This document shows positions 9,812 through 18,184 of a stretch of 64,000 nucleotides of DNA, piece after piece. The DNA lies in assembly GCA_944376905.1 (NCBI GenBank), contig CALWEA010000007.1, forward strand, positions 168-64,167. Reading direction: 5' to 3'. The DNA is from an uncultured Clostridia bacterium (GTDB taxonomy: Bacteria > Bacillota > Clostridia > Christensenellales > UBA1242). The notes under the pieces were generated by a model. That model did not search any database and was not told the DNA's origin. It worked only from the letters and a program-made list of their open reading frames with translations. Within the stretch, counting starts at the first letter, position 1. Every line of letters starts with the position of its first letter. Position numbers and translations under genes: made by a program.

Positions 9812-11329
9812 TTAAACTTTATCTTTAAATTCAATAACTTTACCATTTAAATAATTTGTAAAATATGTTTCAAGATTAGCATGAGTTGTTTTTTCAAAAC
9901 TTCCAATTAAATCTTCTGGTTTTGCAATTTTAAAAGCATAATCTTCAAAATAATTTTTTAAAGATGCAAACATTAATTTATCTCCAATCATTTCGTTTAA
10001 AGTTTGAAACATTAAAAAACCTTGAACATAAACCATGTAAAAGTATTCAGGTTCTGTATTAAATTTTTCCAAACTTCTATTAATTGTAGTATCAATATTT
10101 CCTAAAACGTTTCCATATATTGTTTGAAAAACATTATAACTACTATTTGCTCTTTCAACTAACATATCCATATTTAGACCGTATTCTTGATGGTTTTCAA
10201 AAAAAAGTGCAGTTGAATATTCTGTTAATCCTTCGTCTAGCCAAGCATATTCTGTTTGATTGTTTCCAACAACACCATACCACCATTGATGAGCAAGTTC
10301 GTGGGCAATACAATAAATATATGATTGATAATCAGGTATATCATCAGATATTAATACAATGTTTGGATATTCCATTCCTCCATGAACAAAATTTGCTTCA
10401 ACTATTTTAATTTCCGGATAAGGATATTCACCAAATAAATTATTGTAAGTTGATATTGCATTTAAACAAACCTGCAAACTTTCTTGTTTGTTTTCATCGT
10501 TATAAGAATAATAACTAACAGTTGTTTTACCAACTTTATCACTTAAAATTGAAAAATTTTTACTCATTACAATTGCAAAATCTCTAACAGCATTAGCAGT
10601 TATAACACTTATTTTTTTTCCATCATCTTTTTTTATCAAATCGTTTTCTTGACCAGTTGATGCCAAAATGTAGGAATTTGGATACTCTATCTCAACTTTA
10701 AAGTTGGAGGCTTCGCTATAAAATGGGTCGCCGTTAGAATAATAGAACATATCTTGCCAACAACCATTTTCATAAACACAAAGAATTGGAAAAAAGTTTC
10801 CTAAATTAACTGTGTTTTCGCCATAACCAAAACGATGATTAGCGTTGGGAATTGTAACTTCAAAATTTATAAAAATTTGCGTATTATTTTGAGGAGCAAC
10901 ACTGTTTTTTAATTCAACAATCAATATGTTTTCATCTTCACCTGCAACTTCATAATTTAAATCATTATTTTGTTGGTCGTAAACTTTTTCTATTTTTATA
11001 CTTCCATAACTAATTCCATTATAATAACATTTATCTTTATTTGCCAAACTTATAACTTTTTGATTTGAATTTTCTCTAAAAGCGTTTGGATATAAATTAA
11101 AATGTAGATTATTTAAAATTGTTTCGGTGTTGTTTTTAAAATTAAGTTGCAAATTTCCATTTAAAATAAAATTTGTTTCATCAAAAACTAAATTCATATT
11201 ATATGTTGATAAATTTTTGGCAATGTGATTTGGATTTAGTGAACACCCAAACGATGATATAACAAAAAAAATCAATAAAAAGCACAAAATCAAAACTTTT
11301 GCTAATTTTCTAAACAATAATTTTTTCAT
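9812..11329 (-). CDS. M1-family zinc metallopeptidase, probable lipoprotein
   Basis: GGMEYPN exopeptidase-type motif and HELAHQWW-x18-E zinc site (HELAHQWWYGVVGNNQTEYAWLDEGLTEY). The N-terminal signal ends in a lipobox-like SSFGC. Confidence 0.85.
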   Translation of the reverse strand: MKKLLFRKLAKVLILCFLLIFFVISSFGCSLNPNHIAKNLSTYNMNLVFDETNFILNGNLQLNFKNNTETILNNLHFNLYPNAFRENSNQKVISLANKDKCYYNGISYGSIKIEKVYDQQNNDLNYEVAGEDENILIVELKNSVAPQNNTQIFINFEVTIPNANHRFGYGENTVNLGNFFPILCVYENGCWQDMFYYSNGDPFYSEASNFKVEIEYPNSYILASTGQENDLIKKDDGKKISVITANAVRDFAIVMSKNFSILSDKVGKTTVSYYSYNDENKQESLQVCLNAISTYNNLFGEYPYPEIKIVEANFVHGGMEYPNIVLISDDIPDYQSYIYCIAHELAHQWWYGVVGNNQTEYAWLDEGLTEYSTALFFENHQEYGLNMDMLVERANSSYNVFQTIYGNVLGNIDTTINRSLEKFNTEPEYFYMVYVQGFLMFQTLNEMIGDKLMFASLKNYFEDYAFKIAKPEDLIGSFEKTTHANLETYFTNYLNGKVIEFKDKV

Positions 11330-11550
11330 ATTTAATTTTATGATTATATTTATTAAATTATGAAATATGTTTATAAAAATATTTAATTATTTAAAAAATA
11401 CAATTTTATTAGTGTTTTTAAATTTAAAATATTGTTTATAAAAATTTTTGTTGTTAAAAACTAATTAAAAAGTTCAACATTTCTTAAATCTTAAAATATA
11501 GTTAATAACTATTTTATATTTGCCAAAAGTTAAATAAAATTAAAAAATAG

Positions 11551-11579
11551 TTGACAAATTATGTAACAATTAGTAAGAT
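11551..11579 (+). promoter_or_regulatory. Sigma-A-type promoter candidate for 11683..12408
   Basis: TTGACA (11551..11556), a 17-nt spacer, then TAAGAT (11574..11579). Confidence 0.45.
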
Positions 11580-11602
11580 TAAAAGTAGAAATATAAAAAT
11601 TT

Positions 11603-11609
11603 TGTCGAA
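11603..11609 (+). promoter_or_regulatory. Consensus Spo0A box (TGTCGAA)
   Basis: The context is tttTGTCGAAaaa. It lies about 20 nt downstream of the predicted -10 and 74 nt upstream of the ORF. Confidence 0.35.
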
Positions 11610-11682
11610 AAATTTATAATTTTATTCATAAATATAAAAAAAATAAACAAACTAATTATTGGTTTAATTTGTTTTATAAAAT

Positions 11683-12408
11683 GTGGAGGGGATTGTGGCA
11701 AAAAAGTGGAAAATAGGATTGTCTATTTTGTTAACTTGTCTTATCTTAGTTTTAATTCCTGTTGGAATTTGGGCGGCTCAAAAACTTCAGGTTAATGTTT
11801 CAAATAAGGTTTATTTCTTTGTTGAAGATATTGAAGGTTCGTTTTATGCGACGGTTGAAGGTGATAAAAATGGAGTTGTTAATCCGGGTTTAACAACAGT
11901 TTTTACTGCAGGATATAATCAGGAAACAGATAATTATATTTTGCAAGATGGAAAAGGTCAAGTTTTGGAAAATACGGATATAACCTATGATATGGGAAAA
12001 GTTGATTTTGACAAAGACCATTCCGTTATAACCTATACGTTTGGTTTCATTAATTCAGGTGAAGCAAATATATTGGTTTCTTTTAATTCAGATAGAGAAT
12101 CAGAACAAAAATTTAGAGATAATAATGTAACAACAACAATCAAATATGAAGTTATAAATGGTATTCCTACGGATTCTTTGGAGTCTTTTGGTAGTTTTAC
12201 TCAAAATGCAACAACATTAAATAGTAATACATACGATTTTTCAAATGTATTAATACCTGCCAAAGGTGTTGCTTATCCAAATGCATGTTCCTATATTATG
12301 ATTACATACACTTTAAGCATTAATCCAGAAACAGCAACAAGTTTTTCAAACAATATCTCATTAAATATCAGTTTGCATGCTCAGGCAAATGAAGATATTA
12401 ATGAATAA
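11683..12408 (+). CDS. Secreted TasA/camelysin-like protein, paralog 1 of 4
   Basis: The N-terminal anchor/signal ends in PVGIWAAQKLQV (compare TasA ..GGGTWAAFND). ITYTFGFINSGEANILVSF and NISLNISLHAQ resemble the TasA FQFENNGSL and IKLQFSFEATQ strands as I remember them. The start may instead be GTG 11695, after GGAGG. Confidence 0.45.
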   Translation: MEGIVAKKWKIGLSILLTCLILVLIPVGIWAAQKLQVNVSNKVYFFVEDIEGSFYATVEGDKNGVVNPGLTTVFTAGYNQETDNYILQDGKGQVLENTDITYDMGKVDFDKDHSVITYTFGFINSGEANILVSFNSDRESEQKFRDNNVTTTIKYEVINGIPTDSLESFGSFTQNATTLNSNTYDFSNVLIPAKGVAYPNACSYIMITYTLSINPETATSFSNNISLNISLHAQANEDINE

Positions 12409-12430
12409 AATAAATATAAATAATTAAATA

Positions 12431-12483
12431 AAAACATAGAATATATTGTATTTTAAAAAATTAAACAATTCTATGTTTTTTTT
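12431..12483. terminator. Bidirectional terminator between convergent genes
   Basis: A perfect 12-bp stem aaaacatagaat/attctatgtttt has a 25-nt loop and a T-run. Confidence 0.6.
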
Positions 12484-12633
12484 GTTTGTTGATGTTAAGG
12501 TATAATCAATATTATAAAAATATTTTACAATTATAAAAAGATTTTAAAATTAAAAATATATAAATTTAAAAAAACTTTAAATATTAAATTATTAAATCTT
12601 TTTTTATTTATAAAAACGAAAGTTAATTATTTG

Positions 12634-13077
12634 TTAAGCGATGTCAACTTCTAAAATAAATTGAACTGTAACTTCTGGGTGAAGTTTTATTTCTAGTTTG
12701 TATGTACCTGTGTTTTTTATTGGCTCTTTTAAGATTATCTTTCTTTTATCAATTTCAATATTTTGTTTGGCAAAAGTATCTGCTATTTCTTTAGATGTTA
12801 TTGAACCAAAAATTTTGCCATTTTCACCACATTTAACAAACATTTTTATAGATGTCTTAGAAATTTTATTTGCCAATTCTTTTGCACTTAATAACTCCTG
12901 TTCTTTCTTAAAGTTAAGTGCATCTTTTTGCCCTTTATTTTCATTTAATGCTTCTGCAGTTGCCAATTTTGCCAAGTTGTTTTTTAATAAAAAGTTTTTA
13001 GCATAACCATCTGCAACATTAACAATGTCTCCTTTTTTTCCTTTTCCTTTAACATCTTGAATTAATATAACTTTCAT
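12634..13077 (-). CDS. rplI: 50S ribosomal protein L9
   Basis: [36 protein letters not shown]... is a typical L9 N-terminus. Length is 147 aa. Confidence 0.95.
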   Translation of the reverse strand: MKVILIQDVKGKGKKGDIVNVADGYAKNFLLKNNLAKLATAEALNENKGQKDALNFKKEQELLSAKELANKISKTSIKMFVKCGENGKIFGSITSKEIADTFAKQNIEIDKRKIILKEPIKNTGTYKLEIKLHPEVTVQFILEVDIA

Positions 13078-13168
13078 AAAAACTCCTTTTCGTAAATATT
13101 TTAAATTTTATAAACTTTTAAACTAATTTATAAATAAATTAAATATTAAGATATTTTTGTCCAATCTT

Positions 13169-13197
13169 ATTTTAAAACTAAATATTATTGATGTCAA
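13169..13197 (-). promoter_or_regulatory. Sigma-A promoter for rplI
   Basis: The minus strand reads tcTTGACAtcaa, a 17-nt spacer, then TAAAAT. The same tTTGACATCAA -35 context occurs at the rpmH promoter. Confidence 0.6.
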
Positions 13198-13481
13198 GAA
13201 AATACAAGCAACTTGTTTTTTATTAAATAAGGCAAATTTATTTTATAATCAGTATTTAAAAATAAAACCAATAAAATAAAATTGAATAAAAGAAGTAAAT
13301 AAATTAAAGAAATTTAAAATCCTTACTAATATGAAATTGATTAAAAATAAATCAAAACATAAATTTCTTTAATCCTTTTAAAGACATTATATAAAATCTG
13401 TTATAAATTAAAAATTGTAAAAATAATAAAAACAGAAAAAATAAAAACAAAATACAATAAAAATAAAATATAATAATAAGT

Positions 13482-13578
13482 AAAATAGTTAAAATAAATA
13501 GAATAGTTAAACAAATAAAATAGTTAAAATAAATAAAATAATTAAAACAAGCGAAAATAGTTAAAAAAAGTTAAAATA
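13482..13578. repeat. Five to six units of about 17 bp (aaatagttaaaaYaaat) upstream of spo0A
   Basis: aaatagttaaa recurs at about 13483, 13501, 13517 and 13555, with the variant aaataattaaa at 13535. Confidence 0.7.
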
Positions 13579-13862
13579 ATATAAAAATCTTTTATTTAAA
13601 ATCCTCTTATAAAATTTTCTTATATATCAAACAAAAAGCCACAATTCTAGTTTTTTTATAATATTGTTCATGTTATAAATTTATAAAATTTTAAATTGTT
13701 TTAGAATTTTATAACTTGTTTTAAAAACCTATTAAAATAAACAAGAATAGACATAAAACTACTTTTTATGTATGTTTAAATCTTTTACTTTTTCCAATAA
13801 TTATGATATCATTTTTTTGTTAAAATCTAAAATTTAAAATAAAAAATTAGGAGGTAAAATAA

Positions 13863-14660
13863 ATGGAAGATTTTATAAAATCAAACAAAAAAATAAATAT
13901 ATTCATTGCCGATAATGCCGATGATTGCAGGGCAGAGTTTATAAAATTTTTTGAAAATAAAAACCAATTTAATATTGTTGGACAAACAAAAGATGGAAAT
14001 GAAGCGTTAAAGGCAATTAAAAATAATCCTGTTGACATTTTAATTATGGATGTTGTTCTTGCAGGTTTAGACGGTTTTGAATTATTAGAAAAAGCAAAAG
14101 TTGACCTTGGAAACAAAATGCCAAAAGTTATTATAACATCAAGTTTAAGTCATAATGGATTTATAGATAAAGCGTTAAGTTTGGGGGTTTCTTATTTTAT
14201 GATAAAACCCATTCAACTTCCAAGCCTTGAACGTAGAATTACAGACATTTTGGGATTAAGTGAAAGTGTTCCAATCCCAGAACAAAATTTTAAAAATATG
14301 AGAAGTAAAGTTATTGATGAAAAAATCTCTAATGTTTTTATAACAGTTGGTATCCCTGCCCATATTAAAGGTTATCAGTTTTTACGTGAGGCTATTAAAC
14401 TGGCAATTGATAAACCAGAAATTATAAATTCAATAACAAAAAGATTATATCCGTCAATTGCAGATAAATTTGACACAAGTTCCAGTAAAGTTGAAAGAGC
14501 GATTCGCCATGCAATTGAAGTTGCTTGGAATAGAGGAAAAATTGAAAATATAAATAATTTATTTGGTATAAAAGTTTATAATCAAAATGAAAAACCAACA
14601 AATGGAGAATTTATTGCTCTTGTTGCGGATAAAATGTTAATGGAAGGATATGGAGAATAA
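13863..14660 (+). CDS. spo0A: Sporulation master regulator Spo0A
   Basis: It has a receiver domain (IADNADD...ILIMDVVLAGLDG) and the Spo0A-specific C-terminal domain (ITVGIPAHIKGYQFLREAI, SKVERAIRHAIEVAWNRG). The RBS is aggagg. Confidence 0.95.
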   Translation: MEDFIKSNKKINIFIADNADDCRAEFIKFFENKNQFNIVGQTKDGNEALKAIKNNPVDILIMDVVLAGLDGFELLEKAKVDLGNKMPKVIITSSLSHNGFIDKALSLGVSYFMIKPIQLPSLERRITDILGLSESVPIPEQNFKNMRSKVIDEKISNVFITVGIPAHIKGYQFLREAIKLAIDKPEIINSITKRLYPSIADKFDTSSSKVERAIRHAIEVAWNRGKIENINNLFGIKVYNQNEKPTNGEFIALVADKMLMEGYGE

Positions 14661-14681
14661 AAAAATAAAAGTATATATATT

Positions 14682-14727
14682 AAAAAAACCTTAACAAGTC
14701 TTATTAGAAAAGTTTAAGGTTTTTTTA
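14682..14727 (+). terminator. spo0A terminator
   Basis: The 9-bp stem aaaccttaa/ttaaggttt sits between an A-run and a T-run. Confidence 0.7.
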
Positions 14728-14760
14728 TTTTTTTACTTTTTCATTTTAATAGTTTATTTT

Positions 14761-14858
14761 TTATAATTTTATAATTTTGTATTTTATAATTTTATATTTT
14801 ATAATTTTATAATTTTGTAATTTTATGTTTTAATATTTTAATATTTTATATTTTTTAC
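14761..14858. repeat. About twelve units of an 8-bp period (ATAATTTT-like)
   Basis: tataattt tataattt tgtatttt ataatttt atatttt ataatttt ataatttt gtaatttt atgtttt aatatttt aatatttt. Confidence 0.7.
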
Positions 14859-15111
14859 CAATTTATTTATTTAAAAAAATCAAATAGTAAAATAAATATT
14901 AGAAAAATTTTTATAAAATTTATTATTATAATAAAAGATAAATTTTTAAGTATTTTTATAAAAGCAAAAATCTCATCAAAATTGTTTAAAAAAAAAGTCT
15001 ATAAAAATATAAAAAAATCAAAAAGTTATATAAGAAAATTATTCAATAACTTAAAATTTAATTTAAATTAAAAATAATAAATAGAAAACAAATTATCACA
15101 AAATTGAAATA

Positions 15112-15987
15112 TTATTGCATAACAATTAATTCTTTTTTCAACTTTAAACCTTTTTTATTCAAAACCTCACTTTCTATAAGAGATATAAGATTTAAGATAT
15201 CTGTTGCAGTTGCTCCGCCTGAATTAATAATAAAACCGGCGTGTTTACATGAAATTTCTGCTCCGCCTATTTTTGTTCCTTTTAGACCTAAGTTGTCTAT
15301 TATTTTGGAGGGTGAAATGCCGTTTTCTTTTAGAAAAATACTTCCGGCACTTGGATAATTTAAAGGTTGAAGTTTATTTCTTTTTTCAAGAATAAATTTT
15401 TGTTTTTTTAAAATATCAACTTTATTACCTTTATTAAATTTAAAAGTTGCATTTAAAACCACACAATCTTTTAAAGAACTTTTACGATAATCAAAAAAAA
15501 TTTGATTTTTATAAACGGTTGTAATTTCGCTGTTTTTGAATATTTCAACACTTTCAACAAAATTACCAACACAATCTCCAAAAGCACCACTATTCATTAT
15601 TAAAGCACCACCAACAGTTGCAGGGATACCATAAGAAAATTCAAAGCCAGACAAACTATTATTTGCCAAAAAATCATTTAAATCAAATAATGAAGTTCCA
15701 CACTCGCACTTAACGAGTGAGAAGACATCATTTTCTTCTAAAATTTCAATTTTATTCAATCTAGTTGTTTTTATAACTAAACCATGATAACCCTCATCGG
15801 GACAAAGAGTGTTAGTTCCATTTCCTAAAATAAAAAGTTTTTTATTTTTGTGTAAATTAAGAAGATTAATAAGTTCACACATCTCGTTTGGTTCAACGTA
15901 AAAATCTGCACGCCCCCCGCATTTAAAAGAGGTTACATTTCCCAATGGATAACTTGATAAAATATTCATATTTTTAAATATATGCAA
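15112..15987 (-). CDS. murB: UDP-N-acetylenolpyruvoylglucosamine reductase
   Basis: TSFKCGGRADFYVEP, ILGNGTNTL and GYHGLVI are typical of MurB, together with the C-terminal domain. The start is ambiguous, TTG 15987 or ATG 15969. A TGATAAAAT extended -10 lies immediately upstream of the TTG and favours 15969. Confidence 0.9.
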   Translation of the reverse strand: MHIFKNMNILSSYPLGNVTSFKCGGRADFYVEPNEMCELINLLNLHKNKKLFILGNGTNTLCPDEGYHGLVIKTTRLNKIEILEENDVFSLVKCECGTSLFDLNDFLANNSLSGFEFSYGIPATVGGALIMNSGAFGDCVGNFVESVEIFKNSEITTVYKNQIFFDYRKSSLKDCVVLNATFKFNKGNKVDILKKQKFILEKRNKLQPLNYPSAGSIFLKENGISPSKIIDNLGLKGTKIGGAEISCKHAGFIINSGGATATDILNLISLIESEVLNKKGLKLKKELIVMQ

Positions 15988-16070
15988 AATTTTATCAAAT
16001 GTTCCTAAAATTATAAAATTTTATTTTTATTGAAATAAATTAATTATTTTTAAAATTTTATTGTTAAAGT

Positions 16071-16137
16071 TTAATCAAAAATAGTTGTTATTGTTTAATA
16101 GAAAATAGTTATTCTTGTTAATCAAAAATAGTCAAAC
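16071..16137. repeat. Three tandem units of about 23 bp upstream of murB
   Basis: ttaatcaaaaatagttgttattg / tttaatagaaaatagttattcttg / ttaatcaaaaatagtcaaac. Confidence 0.7.
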
Positions 16138-16332
16138 TTTTTATAATCTAACTTTTAAAAATTTTATTTTTTATTATAAATTTTAATGAAATATAGAATA
16201 AATAAATTTTAACAATTAATTTAGTTTTAGTTTTTTTAAATTAATTTTTTGATTTATAATTTTTTAATTTTTTAATTTTTTATAATTTTTTTATTTTTTT
16301 TATTTTATTTATTAATTTTACTTATTAATTTT

Positions 16333-17073
16333 TTAATAATTTTTTTTATTCTTTTTTCCACGATAAAAGCCATACAAAATCAAAAACAAACTAACACAAA
16401 CTATTATAAGCATAAAAGCAATTAAGGCTCGTTGATTAAGACCATCTGCTTCAACACTATTAGTTGGGATGTAACAAGTTATTATTTTTTCATTTAACTG
16501 ATAACTTATTTGTTGGTAGGGAATATTTGAATTGTATCCATTTAGTAATTTAACTCTTGTATTGTTTTCAAGCGTGGTTGATTTTTCAATATATTGACCA
16601 TTTATAAAATCGTAAGTTTTGCAAGATTTTACTATTGTTGCGTTTGTGTCTATATAAATTATTTGACTTGTTATATTTGTGTTTAAAACAAAAGATTTTA
16701 AAACATATCCTAATTCTTCAACATTATTATTTTCAAAACTTATTTTATAAAAGTCATTTTCTTCATCTATAACTTGTAATTTTGTTCCATAAATAAAAGT
16801 TGCGATAATTTGAGAAGATTCGTCTGCCTTGGAAAAGACATTAATTTTATTGGAAATAACATAAACATTGAAATTTTTTTCAATTAGGTAATTTTGATTA
16901 GAAAGATTCAAAGTATTTTTATAATTAATAATTACTTTATCGTTTGTTAAAAATAAAAAATTAAATAACAACACAATAAAACTAAAAAAAAATATTATGC
17001 TTATAAAAAAAAGTATAGCATTAAAGTTTTTCATAAGATTAACTTGATTTTTAAAAGCATATTGAATTATCAT
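16333..17073 (-). CDS. Membrane protein with bacterial SH3-like domain(s), TM segments at both ends
   Basis: There is an N-terminal TM (ILFFISIIFFFSFIVLLFNFLFL) and a C-terminal TM (ALIAFMLIIVCVSLFLILYGF). VFSKADESSQIIATFIYGTKLQVIDEENDFYKISF..LGYVLKSFV looks like SH3b. Confidence 0.45.
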   Translation of the reverse strand: MIIQYAFKNQVNLMKNFNAILFFISIIFFFSFIVLLFNFLFLTNDKVIINYKNTLNLSNQNYLIEKNFNVYVISNKINVFSKADESSQIIATFIYGTKLQVIDEENDFYKISFENNNVEELGYVLKSFVLNTNITSQIIYIDTNATIVKSCKTYDFINGQYIEKSTTLENNTRVKLLNGYNSNIPYQQISYQLNEKIITCYIPTNSVEADGLNQRALIAFMLIIVCVSLFLILYGFYRGKKNKKNY

Positions 17074-17170
17074 ATTAATATTTTAACAAAAGAGATTTTA
17101 AAAGTCAATAAACATCTAGATACATTTTTTTATTATAAATTTATAATAAGATGTAAATGTTATAAAAAAT

Positions 17171-17208
17171 AAAAATAAAAAATATCTTGTTTTATATCAA
17201 GATATTTT
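17171..17208 (-). terminator. Terminator of 17281..17889
   Basis: A perfect 11-bp stem aaaatatcttg/caagatatttt has an 8-nt loop. A T-rich tract follows on the minus strand. Confidence 0.65.
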
Positions 17209-17280
17209 ATAAGTTTTAAATTTAAAAATTTTAATTATAAACAATAAAGTGTATTATTTTTAAAATTTTAAATATTATTT

Positions 17281-17889
17281 TTAGTTATCAGCAACAAATT
17301 TATCAATATTAACAGTTATAGGATTAGAAACTTCAAAATTGTTTTCAATACTATTACATTCACAGACAACATAAACAATCCCTGTTGAAGTTTGTGAAGA
17401 AGAAGTTCCTAAAACAAGCGGTTCGTTAACAGTGCTTTTAGAGTTGGTTATATTAGTGTTGACATCTTTAGGCAATGTTATATCAACAGTTACCGAATCA
17501 TTAGCGCTACAATTTGTTATTTCGAAAACATAAACAAGAATTCTTTTAGTTGTTGTAAAACGTAAATCTCCGTCTGGAATTTCCCAAACTTCATTTTCTT
17601 TTGGAGAATTATTATTTTTTCCGTCAAAATTTCCTGTATAAGTTTCTGTTATTTCATTTCCTTGTTGAGCGTTAACAAGTTCATAAATATCTTGATAACT
17701 ATCATAGGTTTCCTTAGACATAGAATAAATATTTGCATTAACAGAATAAAAGACATCAGTTGATTTATAAATAATTTTATTAGAAATTGTAAAACTTGAA
17801 GTTATTGCCGCAACAACCCCAATACCTGCAAGAGCAACAAGCAAAACAAGAGCGGTAATACTAAAAATCAAATTAGTTTTTATTTTCAT
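17281..17889 (-). CDS. Secreted TasA/camelysin-like protein, paralog 2 of 4 (most diverged)
   Basis: The signal/anchor ends in GIGVVAAITSSFTI. LVYVFEITNCSANDSVTVDITLP aligns with the F-x-F-x-N-x-G/S strand of the other paralogs. The RBS is ggagg. Confidence 0.4.
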   Translation of the reverse strand: MKIKTNLIFSITALVLLVALAGIGVVAAITSSFTISNKIIYKSTDVFYSVNANIYSMSKETYDSYQDIYELVNAQQGNEITETYTGNFDGKNNNSPKENEVWEIPDGDLRFTTTKRILVYVFEITNCSANDSVTVDITLPKDVNTNITNSKSTVNEPLVLGTSSSQTSTGIVYVVCECNSIENNFEVSNPITVNIDKFVADN

Positions 17890-18184
17890 AAAAAGCCTCC
17901 AACAACAATTTTACTAATCTTATTATAACTATATTTTTATAAAAAATCAAACAAAAATATAAATTTTTAAACTTTTAAAAAAAATATTACTAAATTAATA
18001 GCAATATTTGATATTAGTAAGTTGTTTTAAGTGTCTATAAATTGTAATATAAATAAATTTTAAAACATCAATTTAAACAACAAAAAAATTAAATTTATAC
18101 TAATTTTTATATTTATTTTTTGTATAGCAAATAAAAAATTATTTTTGTATACAAATTATAAATCATTTTTTAAATTTAAATTAT

